Positions 27,452 to 40,659 of a stretch of DNA of 64,000 nucleotides are shown here, one piece after another. The notes below the pieces were generated by a model that worked only from the letters and a program-made list of their open reading frames with translations, did no database searches and was not told the DNA's origin. Source of the stretch: Squalus acanthias (taxonomy: Eukaryota); contig JASTWF010000035.1 in assembly GCA_030390025.1 (NCBI GenBank), positions 4,402,001 to 4,466,000 of the forward strand. Reading direction: 5' to 3'. The first letter of the stretch is position 1. The number at the start of each line of letters is the position of its first letter. A program made the position numbers and the translations under genes.

Positions 27452-28490
27452 ACATAGAAGATAGGAGCAGGAGTAGGCCATTCGGCCCCTCGAGCCTGCT
27501 CCGCCATTTAATGAGAACATGGCTGATCATCCAAATTCAGTCCCCTGCCCCTGCTTTCTCCCCATATCCCTTGATCCCTTTAGCCTTAAGAAATATATCT
27601 ATCTCCTTCTTGAATATATTTAATGAATGGGCCTCACTTGGCTTCTGTGGTAGAGAATTCCACAGGTTCACCACTCTCTGGGTGAAGAAATTCCTCCTCA
27701 TCTCAGTCCTAAATGGCTTACCCCTTATCCTTAGACTGTGACCTCTGGTTCTGGACTCCCCCGCCATCGGGAACATCCTTCCTGCATCTCGTCTGTCTAG
27801 TCCTGTTAGAATTTTATACATTTCAATGAGATCCCCTCTCATTCTTCTAAACTCTAGCAAATATAAGCCTAATCGACCCAATCTCTCTTCATACGTCATT
27901 CCTGCCATCCCAGGTACCAGTCTGGTAAATCTTCGCTGCACTCCCTCCATGGCAAGAACATCCTTCCTCAGATAAGGCGACCAAAACTGCACACAATACT
28001 CAAGGTGTGGTCTCAGCAAGACCTTGTACAACTGCAGCAAGACATCCTTGCTCCTGTACTCGAATCCTCTCGCTATGAAGGCCAACATACCATTTGCCTT
28101 CTTAACTGCCTGCTGCACCTGCATGCTTACCTTCAGCGACTGGTGCACAAGGACTCCCAGATCTCGTTGCACTTCCCCTTTTCCCAATCTATTGCCGTTC
28201 AGATAATAATCTGTCTTCCTGTTTTTGCCACCAAAGTGGATAACCTCGCATTTATCCACATTATACTGCATCTGCCGAATCACCCAACCTGTCCAAATCA
28301 TCCTGGAGTTTCTCTGCATCCTCCTCACAGCACACACGCCCACCCAGCTTTGTGTCGTCTGCAAACTTGGAGATATTACATCTAGTTCCCTCGTCTCGAT
28401 CATTAATATATATTGTGAATAGCTGGGGTCCTAGCACCGATCCCTGCGGTACCCCACTAGTCACTGCCTGCCACTCGGAAAAAGACCCGT
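27452..28490 (-). mobile_element. 5'-truncated CR1 LINE nested in an older CR1 3' fragment (27403-27451 and 28491-28668)
   Basis: [19 protein letters not shown] and RPHLEYCVQFW motifs with a small deletion/frameshift; 3' UTR at 27452-27535. Confidence 0.92.
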
Positions 28491-29073
28491 ACTTCAAGTA
28501 CTTTTTAATTGTGATGAGGGTTTCTGCCTCTACCACCCTTTCAGGCAGTGAGTTCCAGACCCAACCACCTTCTCCTCAAATCCCCTCGAAACCTCTGACC
28601 AATTACTTTCAATCTGTGCCCCCTGGTTATTGACCTCTCTGGTAAGGGAAATACGTCCTTCCTATCCATGAAGAATCCTCACTGAGAGACGCACAGCCTA
28701 AACCAGGAAGTCCAAATTAGATTTAAATCATGTACAGAAAGTGAATAAAGAGAGGGAAAGCAAGATGGGATTAAGACAGAGAAAAGAGACAGAAAGAAAG
28801 TGAATTTAAAAAAAAAAATAATTCGACATTTTTAGAATCTCCAACACGTGGATGGGTGTCGCCGGGAGACCCACCCGCCAATGTCTCGCACCTGTCCTGA
28901 TATTAACCTGCTATTGTGAGCAGGCAGCAAGTCCATCGAGCATCAGTGCAAATTCCTGGCCCGTGTGCGTGTTTGGGTAACTGGCTCCGATGGATTTCTC
29001 TGCTGTGGCTGTTGATTGTGATGTTGGACATGGGTTTGTATTGTGCAGGTGTTCCTATCGCTTTGCTGCAGCG

Positions 29074-29146
29074 ATGGCAGGCTTGACGCTGAATGAGGCA
29101 CGGCTACTGCTCCACAACAGGTTTGTGGTGGTTCTGGGAGACTCCA
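29074..29146 (+). CDS. PCED1A: PC-esterase domain-containing protein 1A-like, coding exon 1 (MAGLTLNEARLLLHNRFVVVLGDS)
   Basis: Matches the PCED1 N-terminal motif LLHNKFVVILGDS (GDS nucleophile block); donor A|GTAAGT at 29147, phase 1, compatible with the next exon. Confidence 0.9.
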
Positions 29147-29271
29147 GTAAGTATCAACTGCGCAAGGTTTTGTTCCAGTGGGTTTGTGTTGTGTTGGATG
29201 TGGGACATACAGCAACCACTCACGACTCATCGAACCTGGATCGCGCTTGGTCGAGGTTTAGAGGGTGCTTT

Positions 29272-29376
29272 TAGAGAAAAAGCTTTTGTTTCTCCAGCGC
29301 CTTTCACCGTTTCAATGTCCCAAAGCGCTTTACAGCCAATGAAGTACTGTTGGAGTGTGGTCACTGTTGTAAGGTA
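29272..29376 (-). mobile_element. SINE 3' tail fragment (SacSINE1/DeuSINE-like)
   Basis: Minus strand ...TACTTCATTGGCTGTAAAGCGCTTTGGGAC...TGAAAGGCGCT resembles the tail of shark Deu-domain SINEs; recognised from memory only. Confidence 0.5.
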
Positions 29377-29506
29377 GATCAGTACGGTAGAGATAAAAGA
29401 TCTTGGCTTGGCAGATCGTGATGTAGAACTGGAATCAGTTTGGGTGGAGCTAAGAAACAGCAAAGGTCGGAAACCATTGGTGGGAGTTGTGTATAGGCCA
29501 CCAAAC
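29377..29506 (+). mobile_element. CR1 ORF2 APE-endonuclease fragment
   Basis: ESVWVELRNSKGRKPLVGVVYRPPN. Confidence 0.8.
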
Positions 29507-30642
29507 ATAGAGTCAGAGTCATACAGCACAGAAAGAGGCCCTTCGGCCCATCGTGTCCGCACCGGCCATCAAGCACTGTCTATTCTAATCCCATTTTCCA
29601 GCACTTGGTCCGTAGCCTTGTATGCTATGGCGTTTCAAGTGCTCATCTAAATGCTTCTTGAATGTTGTGAGGGTTCCTGCCTCTACCACCCTTTCAGGCA
29701 GTGAGTTCCAGATTCCAACCACCCTCTGGGTGAAAAAGTTTTTCCTCAAATCCCCTCTAAACCTCCTGCCCCTTACCTTGAAACTATGCCCCCTGGTTAT
29801 TGACCCCTCTACTAAGGGAAAAAGTTCATTTCTATCTACCCTATCTATGCCCCTCATAATTTTGTACACCTCAATCAGGTCCCCCCTCAGCCTTCTCTGC
29901 TCTAAGGAAAACAACCCCAGCCTGACCAGTCTCTCTTCATAGCTGAAGCGCTCCAGCCCAGGTAACATCCTGGTGAATCTCCTCTGCACCCTCTCCAATG
30001 CAATCACATCCTTCCTATAGTGTGACGATCAGAACTGCACACAGTATTCCAGCTGTGGCCTAACTAGCGTTTTGTACAGCTCCATCATAACCTCCCTGCT
30101 CTTATATTCTATGCCTCGGCTAATGAAGGCAAGTATCCCATGCCTTTTTAACCACCTTATCTACCTGTCCTGCTGCCTTCAGGGATCTATGTACATGTAC
30201 ACCAAGGTCCCTCTGATCCTCTGTCCTTCCCAGGGTCCTACCATTCATTGTGTATTCCCTTGCCTTGTTAGTCCTCCCAAAATGCATCACCTCACACTTT
30301 TCGGGGTTAAATTCCATTTGCCACTGTTCTGCCCATCTGACCATCCCGTCTATATCGTCCTGTAGCCTGAGGCTTCCCTCCTCGCTATTTACCACCCCAC
30401 CAATTTTCGGGTCATCTGCGAACTTACTGATCATACCTCCTACATTCATATCTAAATCATTAATGTACACTACAAACAGCAAAGGACCCAGCACCGATCC
30501 CTGCGGTACACCACTGGACACAGGCTTCCAGTCACAAAAACAACCTTCGACCATCAGCCTCTGCCTCCTGCCACTAAGCCAATTTTGGATCCACTGTCCC
30601 AAATTGCCCTGGATCCCATGGGCTCTTACCTTCTAGACCAGT
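29507..30642 (-). mobile_element. 5'-truncated CR1 LINE (frameshifted RT and C-terminus)
   Basis: [55 protein letters not shown]-type tail near 29507-29525. Confidence 0.92.
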
Positions 30643-30685
30643 GTTTTATAAATGTTCATCATAACTTGCTTGCTTTTGTACTCTA

Positions 30686-31720
30686 AACTGTAACTAGTGG
30701 GGTGCCACAGGGATCAGTGCTAGGGCCTCAACTATTTAGAATCTATATTAATGACTTGGATGAAGGGACCGAGTGTATTGTACCAAATTTGCTGATGATC
30801 CAAAGATAGGTGGGTAAGCAAGTTGTGAGGAGGACACAGAGTCTGCAAGAGGATATAGATAGGTTAAGTGAGTGGGCAAAAAAATGGCAGATGGAGTATA
30901 ATGTGGGAAAATGTGAGGTTATCCACTTAGGTAGGAAGAATAGAAAAGCAAATATTATTTAAATGTGGAGACACTACAGAACACGGCAGTACAGAGAGAT
31001 CTGGGGGTCCTCATACATGAAACACAAAAAGTTAGCATGCAGGTACAGCAATAATCAAGAAGGCAAATAGAATGTTGGCCTTTATTGCAAGGGGGATGGA
31101 GTATAAAAGTTGGGAAGTCCTGCTACAACTGTACAGGGTATTGGTGAGACCACACCATGGAGTACTGCGTACAGTTTTGGTCCCCTTATTTAAGGAAGGA
31201 TATACTTGCATTGGAGGCAGTTCAGAGAAGGTTCACTAGAATAATTCCTGAGTTGAAGGGGTTGTCTTATGAAGAATGGTTGAGCAGGTTGGGCCTATAC
31301 TCATTGGAGTTTAGAAGAATGAGAGGGGATTTTATTGAAACATATAAGATTCTGAGGGGGATTGACAGGGTGGATGCTGAGAGGATGTTTCCTCTAGTGG
31401 GGGAATCTAGAACTAGGGGGCATAGTTTCAGGATAAGGAATCACCCATTTAAGACGGAGATGAGGAGGAATTTCTTCTCTCAGAGGGTCGTGAATCTTTG
31501 GAATTCTCTACCCCAGAGAGCTGTGGAGGCGGAGTCATTGAATATATTCAAGGCTGAGATAGACAGATTTTTGAATGGTAAGGGGGTCGAGGGTTATGGG
31601 GAACAGGCAGAAAAGTGGCTTTGAGCCCAAGATCAGATCAGCCATGATCTTATTGAATGGTGGAGCAGGCTCGAGGGGCCGAATGGCCGACTCCTGCTCC
31701 TATTTCTTATGTTCTTATGT
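30686..31720 (+). mobile_element. 5'-truncated degenerate CR1 nested in the old CR1
   Basis: Starts at the TSGVPQGS motif; EYCVQFWSPYL ORF 31157-31624; TTCTTATG tail. Confidence 0.92.
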
Positions 31721-33019
31721 ACCTCTATTCATGAACCCCAGGATCCCGTATGCTTTTTTAACCGCTTTCTCAACCTGTCCTGCCACCTTCAACAATTTGT
31801 GTACATATACCCCCAGGTCTCTCTGTTCATGCATCCCCTTTAGAATTGTACCCTTAGTTTATATTGCCTCTCCTCGTTCTTCCAACCAAAATGTATCACT
31901 TCGCACTTTTCTGCTTTAAATTCCATCTGCCACATGTCCGCCCATTCCACCAGCCTGTCTATGTCCTCTTGAAGTCCTCACTGTTCACTATACTTCCAAG
32001 TTTTGTGTCATCTGCAAATTTTGAAATTGTGCCCTGTACTCCCACGTCCAAGTCATTAATATATATCAAGAAAAGCAGTGGTCCTAGAACCGACCCCTGG
32101 GGAACACCACTGTATACCTTCCTCCAGTCCGAAAAACAACCGTTCACCACTACTCTCTGTTTCCTGTCACTTAGCCAATTTCGTATCCATGCTGCCACTG
32201 TCCCTTTTATTCCATGGGCTTCAACTTTGCTGGCAAGCCTATTATGTGGCACTTTATCAAACTCCTTTTGGAAATCCATGTACACTACATCAACCACATT
32301 GCCCTCATCAAAAAAACTCGATCAAGTTAGTTAAACACGATTTGCCTTTAACAAATCCGTGCTGGCTTCTCTTAATTAATCCATACTTGTCCGAGTGATA
32401 ATTTTGTCCCTGATTATCGTTTCTAAAAGCTTCCCCACTACCGAGGTTAAATTGACTGGCCTGTAGTTGCTGGGTTTATCTTTACACCCTTTTTTGAACA
32501 AGCGTGCAACATTTGCAATTCTCCAGTCCTCTGGCACCACCCCCGTTTCTAAGGAGGATTGGAAGATTATGGCCAGTACCTCCACGATTTCCACTTTAAC
32601 TTCCTTCAACTCCTAGGATGCATCCCATCCGGTCCTGGTGACTTAGCTACTTTAAGTACAGCCAGCCTTTCTAGTACCTCGTCTTTTATCAATTTTTATT
32701 GCATCCATTATCTCCACTACCTCCTCTTTCACTATGACTTTGGCAGCATCTTCTTCCTTGGTGAAGACAGATGCAAAGTACTCATTTAGTACCTCAACCA
32801 TGCCCTCTGCCTCCATGCATAGGTCTCCTGTTTGGTCCCTAATCGACCCCACCCCTTCTGTTACTACCCGTTTATTATTTATATGCCTATAGAAGACTTT
32901 TGCATTCCCTTTTATGTTAGCTGCCAATCTAGTCTCATGCTCTCTCTTTGCCCCTCTTATTTTCTTTTCCATTTCCCCTCTGAACTTTCTATATTCAGCC
33001 TGATTCTCACTTGTATTCT

Positions 33020-36000
33020 AAGAACCTAAGTGAGTGGGCAGGAACATGGCAAATGGAATATAATGGGCCCTGGTGAGACCACACCTGGAGTATTGTGTAC
33101 AGTTTTGGTCTCCTTACCTAAGGAAGGATATACTTGCCATAGAGGGAATGCAACGAAGGTTCACCAGACTGATTCCTGGGATGGGAGGGTTGTCCTATGA
33201 GGAGAGATTGAGTAGAATGGGCCGATATTCTCTGGAGTTTAGAAGAATGAGAGGTGATCTCATTGAAACATACAAAATTCTTACAGGGCTTGACAGGGTA
33301 GATGCAGGGAGGATGTTTCCCCTGGCTGGGGAGTCTAGAACCAGGGGTCAGAGTCTAAGGATAAGGGGTTGGCCATTCAGGACTGAGATGAGGAGAAATT
33401 TCTTCACTCAGAGTGTGGTGAGTCTTTGGAATTCTCTGCCCCAGAGGGCTGTGGAAGCTCAGTCGTTGAGTATATTCAAGACAGAGATCGATAGATTTTT
33501 GGACTTTAGGGATATCAAGGGATATGGGGATAGTGCAGGAAAGTGGAGTTGAGGTCGAAGATCAGCCATGATCTTATTGAACGGCGGAGCAGGCTCGAGG
33601 GGCCAAATGGCCGACTCCTGCTCCTAATTCTTATGTTCTTATGGCTGATCTGCTGCCTCAACTCCACTTAGCCTGTCTATATCCCCTTGAAATCTCTTTG
33701 CATCTTCCTCACAACTTACATTCCCACCCAGCTTTGTATCATCAGCAAACTTGGATAAATTACATTTGGTCCCCTCAGCCAAATTATTGATGTAGATTGT
33801 GAATAGCTGAGGCCCAAGCACTGATCCTTGCAGTACCCCACTAGTTACAGCCTGCCAACCCGAAAATGACCCCTTTATTTTTACTCTCTGTTTTCTATCC
33901 GTTAACCAATCCTCAATCCATGCTAGTGTATTGCCCCCAATCCCACGAGCCCTAATTTTGTTTAATAACCTCTTGTGTGGCACCTTATCGAATGCCTTCT
34001 GAAAATCCAAATACACCACATCCACTGGTTCCCCCTTATCTGTTCTGCTAGTTACAACCTCAAAAAACTCTTAACAGATTCGTCAAATATGATTTCCCTT
34101 TCATAAATCCGTGTTGTCTCTGTCCAATCCTATTATTATTTTCTGAGTGCCCTGTTACTACGTCCTTAATAATAGATTCTAACATTTTCCCTACTACTGA
34201 TGTCAGGCTAACTGGTCTGTAGTTCCCCGTTTTCTCTCTCCCTCCTTTCTTATATAGTGGGGTTACATTTGCTACCTTCCAATCCTCGGGAACCGTTCTA
34301 GAACCTATGGAGTTTTGGAAAATGACAACCAATGCATCCACTATCTCTATAGCCACCTCTTTCAAACCCCTAGGATGTAGTCCATATGGTCCAGAGGATT
34401 TATCGGCTTTCAGTCCCATTAATTTCTCCAGTACTATATTTTTTTTACTACACTAATTTCTTTCAGTTCCTCATTCTCACTAGACCCTTGGTTCTCCACT
34501 ATTTCCGGGAAGTTTTTTGGGTGGTCTTCCGTGAAGACAGACACAAAGTATTTGTTTAATTTCTCTGACATTTCCTTATTCCACATCATAATTTCTCCTG
34601 TCTCAGCCTGTAGGGGACCCACATATATTTCCGCTAATCTTTTCCTTTTTACAAACCTATAGAAGCAATTACAGTCTGTTTCTATGTCTCTCGCTAGTTT
34701 ACTCTCATTCTATTTTCACTTTATTTATCAATTTCTTGGTCCTCCTTTAGAAACATAGAAGATAGGAGCAGGAGTAGGCCATTCGGCCCCTCGAGCCTGC
34801 TCCGCCATTCGATGAGATCATGGCTGATCATCTAAACTCAGTACCCTGTACCTGCCTTCTCCCCATATCCCTTGATACCTTTAGCCTTAAGAAATATATC
34901 TAACTCATCCTTGAATATATTTAATGACTTCGCCTCAACTACCTTCTGTGGTAGAGAATTCCACAGGTTCACCACTCTCTGGGTGAAGAAATTCTTCCTC
35001 ATTTCTGTCCTAAATGGCTTACCCCTTATCCTTAGATTATGACCCCTGGTTCTGGACTCTCCGACCATCGGGAACATTCTTCCTGCATCTAGTTTGTCCA
35101 GACCTGTCAGAATTTTATATGTTTCCATGAGATCCCCTCTCATTCTTCTATACTCCAGCGAGTATAAGCCCAATCGACCCAATCTCTCCTCATATGTCAT
35201 TCCTGCCATCCCAGGTATCAGCCTTGTGAATCTTCGCTGAACTCCTTCCATGGCAAGAACATCCTTCCTCAGATAAGGCGACCAAAACTGCACACAGTAC
35301 TCAAGGTGTGGTCTCACCAAGGCCCTGTACAACTGCAGCAGGACATCCCTGTTCCTATACTCAAACCCTTTCGCTATGAAGGCCAACATACCATTTGCCT
35401 TCTTCACCGCCTGCTGCACCTGCATGCTTACCTTCAGCGACTGGTGCGCAAGGACACCCAGGTCTCGTTGCACTTCCCCTTCTCCCAATCTATTGCCATT
35501 CAGATAATAGTCTGCCTTCCTGTTTTTGACACCAAAGTGGATAACCTCGCATTTATCCATGTTATATTGTATCTGCCACGTTTCTGCCCACTCACCCAAC
35601 CTGTCCAAATCATCCTGGAGTTTCTCAGTATCCTCCTCGCAGCACACACTCCCACCCAGCTTTGTGTCATCTGCAAACTTGGAGATATTACATTTAGTTC
35701 CCTTATCTCGATCATTAATGTATATTGTGAATAGCTGGGGTCCAAGGACCGAACCCTGCGGTACCCCACTAGTCACTGCCTGCCACTCGGAAAAAGACCC
35801 ATTAATTCCTACTCTCTGCTTTCTGTCCACCAACCAGTTCTCTATCCAAGTCAATACCTTGCCCCCAATCCCATGTGCCTTAACTTTACACGCTAATCTC
35901 TTATGCGGGACCTTATCGAAAGCCTTTTGAAAGTCCAAATACACCACATCTACTGGTTCTCCCTTATCTATTTTCCCGGTTACATCCTCAAAAAATTCCA

Positions 36001-37139
36001 GTAGATTAGTGAAGCACGATTTACCTTTTGTAAATCCATGTTGACTTTGTCCGATCCTGTCACTGTTTTTCAAGTGCTCAGCTATTACATCCTTTATAAT
36101 GGACTCTAGCATTTTTCCCACTACCGATGTCTGTAATTCCCCGCTTTCTCTCTACCACCCTTTTTGAATAGTGGGGTAACATTAGCTACCCTCCAATCCA
36201 TGGGTACAGTTCCAGATTCCATCGAATGTTGGAAGATGATCAGCAATGCCTCTACTATTTCTAGGGCCACTTCCTTAAGTACCCTAGGATGTAGATTATC
36301 AGGCCCTGGGGATTTATCGGCCTTCAATCCCGTCAATTTCCCTAACACCATTTCCCTGCAAATACTGATTTCTTTCAGTTCCTCCCTTTCATCAGACCGT
36401 ATGTTCTCCAACATCTCTGGGAGGTTATTTGTGTCCTCCTTTGTGAAGACAGAACAAAATATGCATTTAATTGGTTGCCATTTCTTTGTTCCCCATTATA
36501 ACTTCCCCCGCTTCTGACTGCAAGGGACCTACACTTGATTTCACTAATCTTTTTCTCTTCACATCTTTGCTGAATTCTAAAATCCTCCCACTCCTCAGGC
36601 TTTCTACTCTTTTTGGCAACATTATAAGCCTCTTCCTTTGATCTAATACAATCTTTAACTTCTCTTGTTAACCACGGTTGGACCACTTTTCCTGAGGGGT
36701 TTTTGTGCCTTAAGGGAATGTATATTTGTTGTATATTATATATTAATTCTTTAAATACTAGTCATTGCTTCTCTACTGTCATACCTTTTACCGTAGTTTC
36801 CCAATCTACCTTAGCCAACTCGCACCTCATACCTACGTAGTTTGCTTTGTTGAGATTTAAGACCCTAGTTTCGGATTTAACTCAATCACTTTCAAATTCA
36901 GTATAAAATTCTATCATATTATGGTCACTCTTCCCTAAAGGCTCCTTCACTACAAGGTTATTAATTAACCCTTTCTCATTGCACAATACTAGATCTAAAA
37001 TAGCCCGTTCCCTAGTTGGTTCCTCAACATACTGATCTTGAAAACTATCTTGCATACATTCCATGAATTCGTCCTCCACACCATTACTGCTAATTTGGTT
37101 TCCCCAGTCGATTTGTAGATTAAAGTCCCCCATGATTAC
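33020..37139 (-). mobile_element. CR1 insertion with its 3' segment (33027-33640) on the + strand, interrupted by another CR1
   Basis: Flanked by TGTATTCT at 33012-33019 and 37140-37147; RT ORFs 33639-34622 and 36565-37133 on -, C-terminal ORF 33073-33552 on +. Confidence 0.8.
34749..36564 (-). mobile_element. Younger 5'-truncated CR1 (427-aa open RT/C-terminal frame)
   Basis: ORF 34838-36121 with [27 protein letters not shown]; the host CR1 text CTTT|GCTGAATTC resumes at 36565. Confidence 0.9.
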
Positions 37140-37598
37140 TGTATTCTCGACCTGATATCTGTCATACGTCCTTTTTTTTCTGCTTCATCATATTCTCTTT
37201 CGTCATCCAGGGAGCTCTGGCTTTAGTTGCCCTACCTTTCCCTCGTGGGAATGTACTTCGACTGTACCCGAACCATCTTCTCTTTAAAGGCAGCCCATTG
37301 TTTGATTACAGTTTTGCCTGCCGATCTTTGATTCCAATTTACCCTAGGGCCTGATCCCATCTCAACCCACTGAAATTTGCCTTCCTCCAATTAAGTATTT
37401 TTACTCTAGATTGCTCCCTGTCCTTTTCTAAAGCTAATCTAAACCTTATGATACTATGATCACTGTTCCCTAAATGTTCAGCTACTGACACTTGCTCCAC
37501 TTGACCCACCTCATTCTCCAGAACCAGATCCAGCAATGCCTCCTTCCTCGTTGGGCCGGAAACGTACTGATCAAGAAAGTTCTCCTCAACACACTTCA

Positions 37599-39961
37599 TA
37601 GAAACATAGAAACATAGAAAATAGGTGCAGGAGTAGACCATTCGGTCCTTCGAGCCTGCACCGCCATTCAATGCGTTCATGGCTGAACATGCTACCTCAG
37701 TACCCCATTCCTGCTTTCTCGCCATACCCCTTGATCCCCCTAGTTGTGAGTATTATATCTAACTCCCTTTTGAATATATTTAGCGAACTGGCCTCAACAA
37801 CCTTCTGTGGTAGAGAATTCCACAGATTCACCACTCTCTGGGTGAAGAAGTTCCTCCTCATCTCAGTCTTAAATGGCTTCCCCTTTATCCTTAGACTGTG
37901 ACCCCTGGTTTTAGTTTTCCCTAACATTGGAAACATTCTGCCCGCATCTAATTTGTCTAAACCAGTCAGGATTTTAAACGTCTCTATAAGATCCCCCCTC
38001 ATTCTTCTGAACTCCAGAGGATACAAGTTCAGTTGATCCAGTCTTTCTTGATATGTCAGTCTGGCCATCCCAGGAATCAATCTAGTGAACCTTCGTTGCA
38101 CTCCCTCAATAGCAAGAATGTCCTTCCTCAAGTTAGGAGACCAAAACTGCACACAATACTCCAGGTGTGGCCTCACCAAGGCCCTGTACAACTGAAGCAT
38201 CACCTCCCTACTCCTGTACTCAAATCCCCTTGCTATGAAGGCCATCATGCCATTTGCTTTCTTGACTGCCTGCTGCACTTGCCTTCCCACCTTCAGTGAC
38301 TGATGTACCATGACGCCCAGGTCTCGTTGCACCTCCCCTTTCCCTAATCTGCCACCATTCAGGTAATAGTCTGCCTCCCTATTTTTACCACCAAAGTGGA
38401 TAACCTCACATTTATCCACATTGTACTTCATCTGCCATACATTTGCCCATTCACCCAACCTGTCCAAGTCACTCTGTAGCCTCCTAGCATCCTCCTCATT
38501 GTTCACACTGCCTCCCAATTTAGTGTCATCCGCAAATTTGGAGATATTACAATTAATCCCTTCGTCCAAATCATTAATATATAATGTAAACAGCTGGGGC
38601 CCCAGCACCGAACCCTGCGGTACCCCGCTGGTCACTGCCTGCCATTCTGAAAAGTACCCATTTACTCCTACTCTTTGTTTCCTGTGTGCCAACCAGTTCT
38701 CAATCCACGTCAACACATTACCCCCAATCCCATGTGCTTTAACTTTGCACACCAATCTCTTGTGTGGGACCTTGTCGAAGGCCTTCTGAAAGTCCAAATA
38801 CACCACATCTACTGGTTCCCCCCCATCCACCCTATTGGAAACATCCTCAAAAAATTCCAGAAGATTTGTCAAGCATGATTTCCCTTTCACAAATCCATGC
38901 TGACTTGGACCTATCATGTCGCCACTTTCCAAATGGTCTGTTATGACATCTTTAATAATTGCTTCCATCATTTTACCCACCACCGATGTCAGGCTGACCG
39001 GTCTATAATTCACTGCTTTCTCCCTCCCTCCTTTTTTAAAAAGAGGGGTTACATTAGCCACCCTCCACTCCTTCGGAACTGATCCAGAGTCTAAGGAAAC
39101 TTGGAAAATGATCGTCCATGCATCCACTATTTCCAAGGCCACCTCCTTCAGTACTCTGGGATGCAGACCATCAGGCCCTGGGGATTTATCAGCCTTCAGT
39201 CCCATCAATTTCCCCAACACCTTTTCCCGACTGATAAGGATTTCCCTCAGCTCCTCCCTCTTACCAGATCCTTTGATCTCTTTTATTTCCGGAAGGTTGT
39301 TTGTGTCCTCCACAGTAAACACCGAACCAAAGTACTTGTTCAATTGATCTGCCATTTCTTTGTTCCCCATTATGACTTCCCCTGTTTCTGACTGCAGGGG
39401 ACCTACATTTGTTTTTACTAACCTCTTTCTTTTTACATATTTATAGAAGCTTTTGCAGTCCGTTTTAATGTTCTCCGCAAGCTTCCTTTCATATTTTATT
39501 TTCCCTGCCCTAATCAAACCCTTCGTCCTCCTCTGCTGAGTTTTAAAGTTCTCCCAGACCCCGGGTTTGCTGCTACTTCTGGCCAATTTGTATGCCACTT
39601 CCTTGCTTTTAATACTATCCCTGATTTCCCTTGTTAGCCATGGTTGAGCCACCTTCCCTTTTTTATTTTTACGCCAGACAGGGATGTACAATTGTTGTAG
39701 TTCATCCATGCGATCTCTAAATGTCTGCCATTGCCCTTCCACTGATAACCCCTTAAATATCGCTTGCCAATCTAACCTCGCCAATTCACGCCTCATACCC
39801 TCAAAGTTGCCCTTATTTAAGTTCTGGACCATGGTCTCTGAATTAACTGTTTCCTTCTCCATCCTAATGTAGAACTCCACCATACTATGGTCACTCTTCC
39901 CCAAGGGGCCTCGCACCACAAGATTGCTGATTAGTCCTTCCTCATTACACAACACCCAGTC
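37599..39961 (-). mobile_element. Young 5'-truncated CR1 with an uninterrupted 752-aa ORF2 segment
   Basis: ORF 37697-39955 from the APE end (GKSDH) through the full RT; (TTCTATGT)n tail; CTTCA duplicated at 37594-37598 and 39962-39966. Confidence 0.95.
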
Positions 39962-40659
39962 CTTCAGAAATTCTTCCCCCTCTCTGCCCTTTACACTGTA
40001 AATCTGTCAATTTAATCTGACATAAGAAACTCGTTTGTGACTACAACAAGCCACTCTGGGCGCAGGTATATTGTTTATAAGCTCAACAGATTTGTTAAGT
40101 ACTTTACATCAGTACAAAGAAGTAATATTTAACAAGATGCTAGTCGACAGTCTGTTCCTTGGAACACTCGGCGGAAGCCCACCGAGCGACTGCAGTCTTT
40201 CTTTTGCTGTCTTCTGTTGACCCTAGTCTGTCTTCCTCTTCCTTTGGGTTTTCCTGCTGCCTCCAGTGTTCAGTTGCTGCTTTTTTATATCTTTTTCCCT
40301 CTCGGTATACGTGGCAACTTGCAGCTGCCTGGGCTATCTCACCATTCTTGTTAATGCACTCATCCCTTGACCTTCAACAGTACAGTCTGTGGCTTATCCC
40401 GTTATCATCCTTTCCTCCCTTTTGCTGAATGAGTTATTCTTTCTCTGAGAACTTTTACTCAAACAAACTTCCCACGAGTTGCTGCAGATGTCTTTTGCCT
40501 TTTGCATAGCTCATTGCCTTGCCTGGTCTGCAACTTCAGCGATAAGGGATGTTCGATGTTGAATACCCTCTATCTTACTTCGTAACTTAAACACTAGATC
40601 AGCACTATTCTCGCAGTTAACATAATGTTGACTTAATTTTACCATCATGCTTTACAGTT

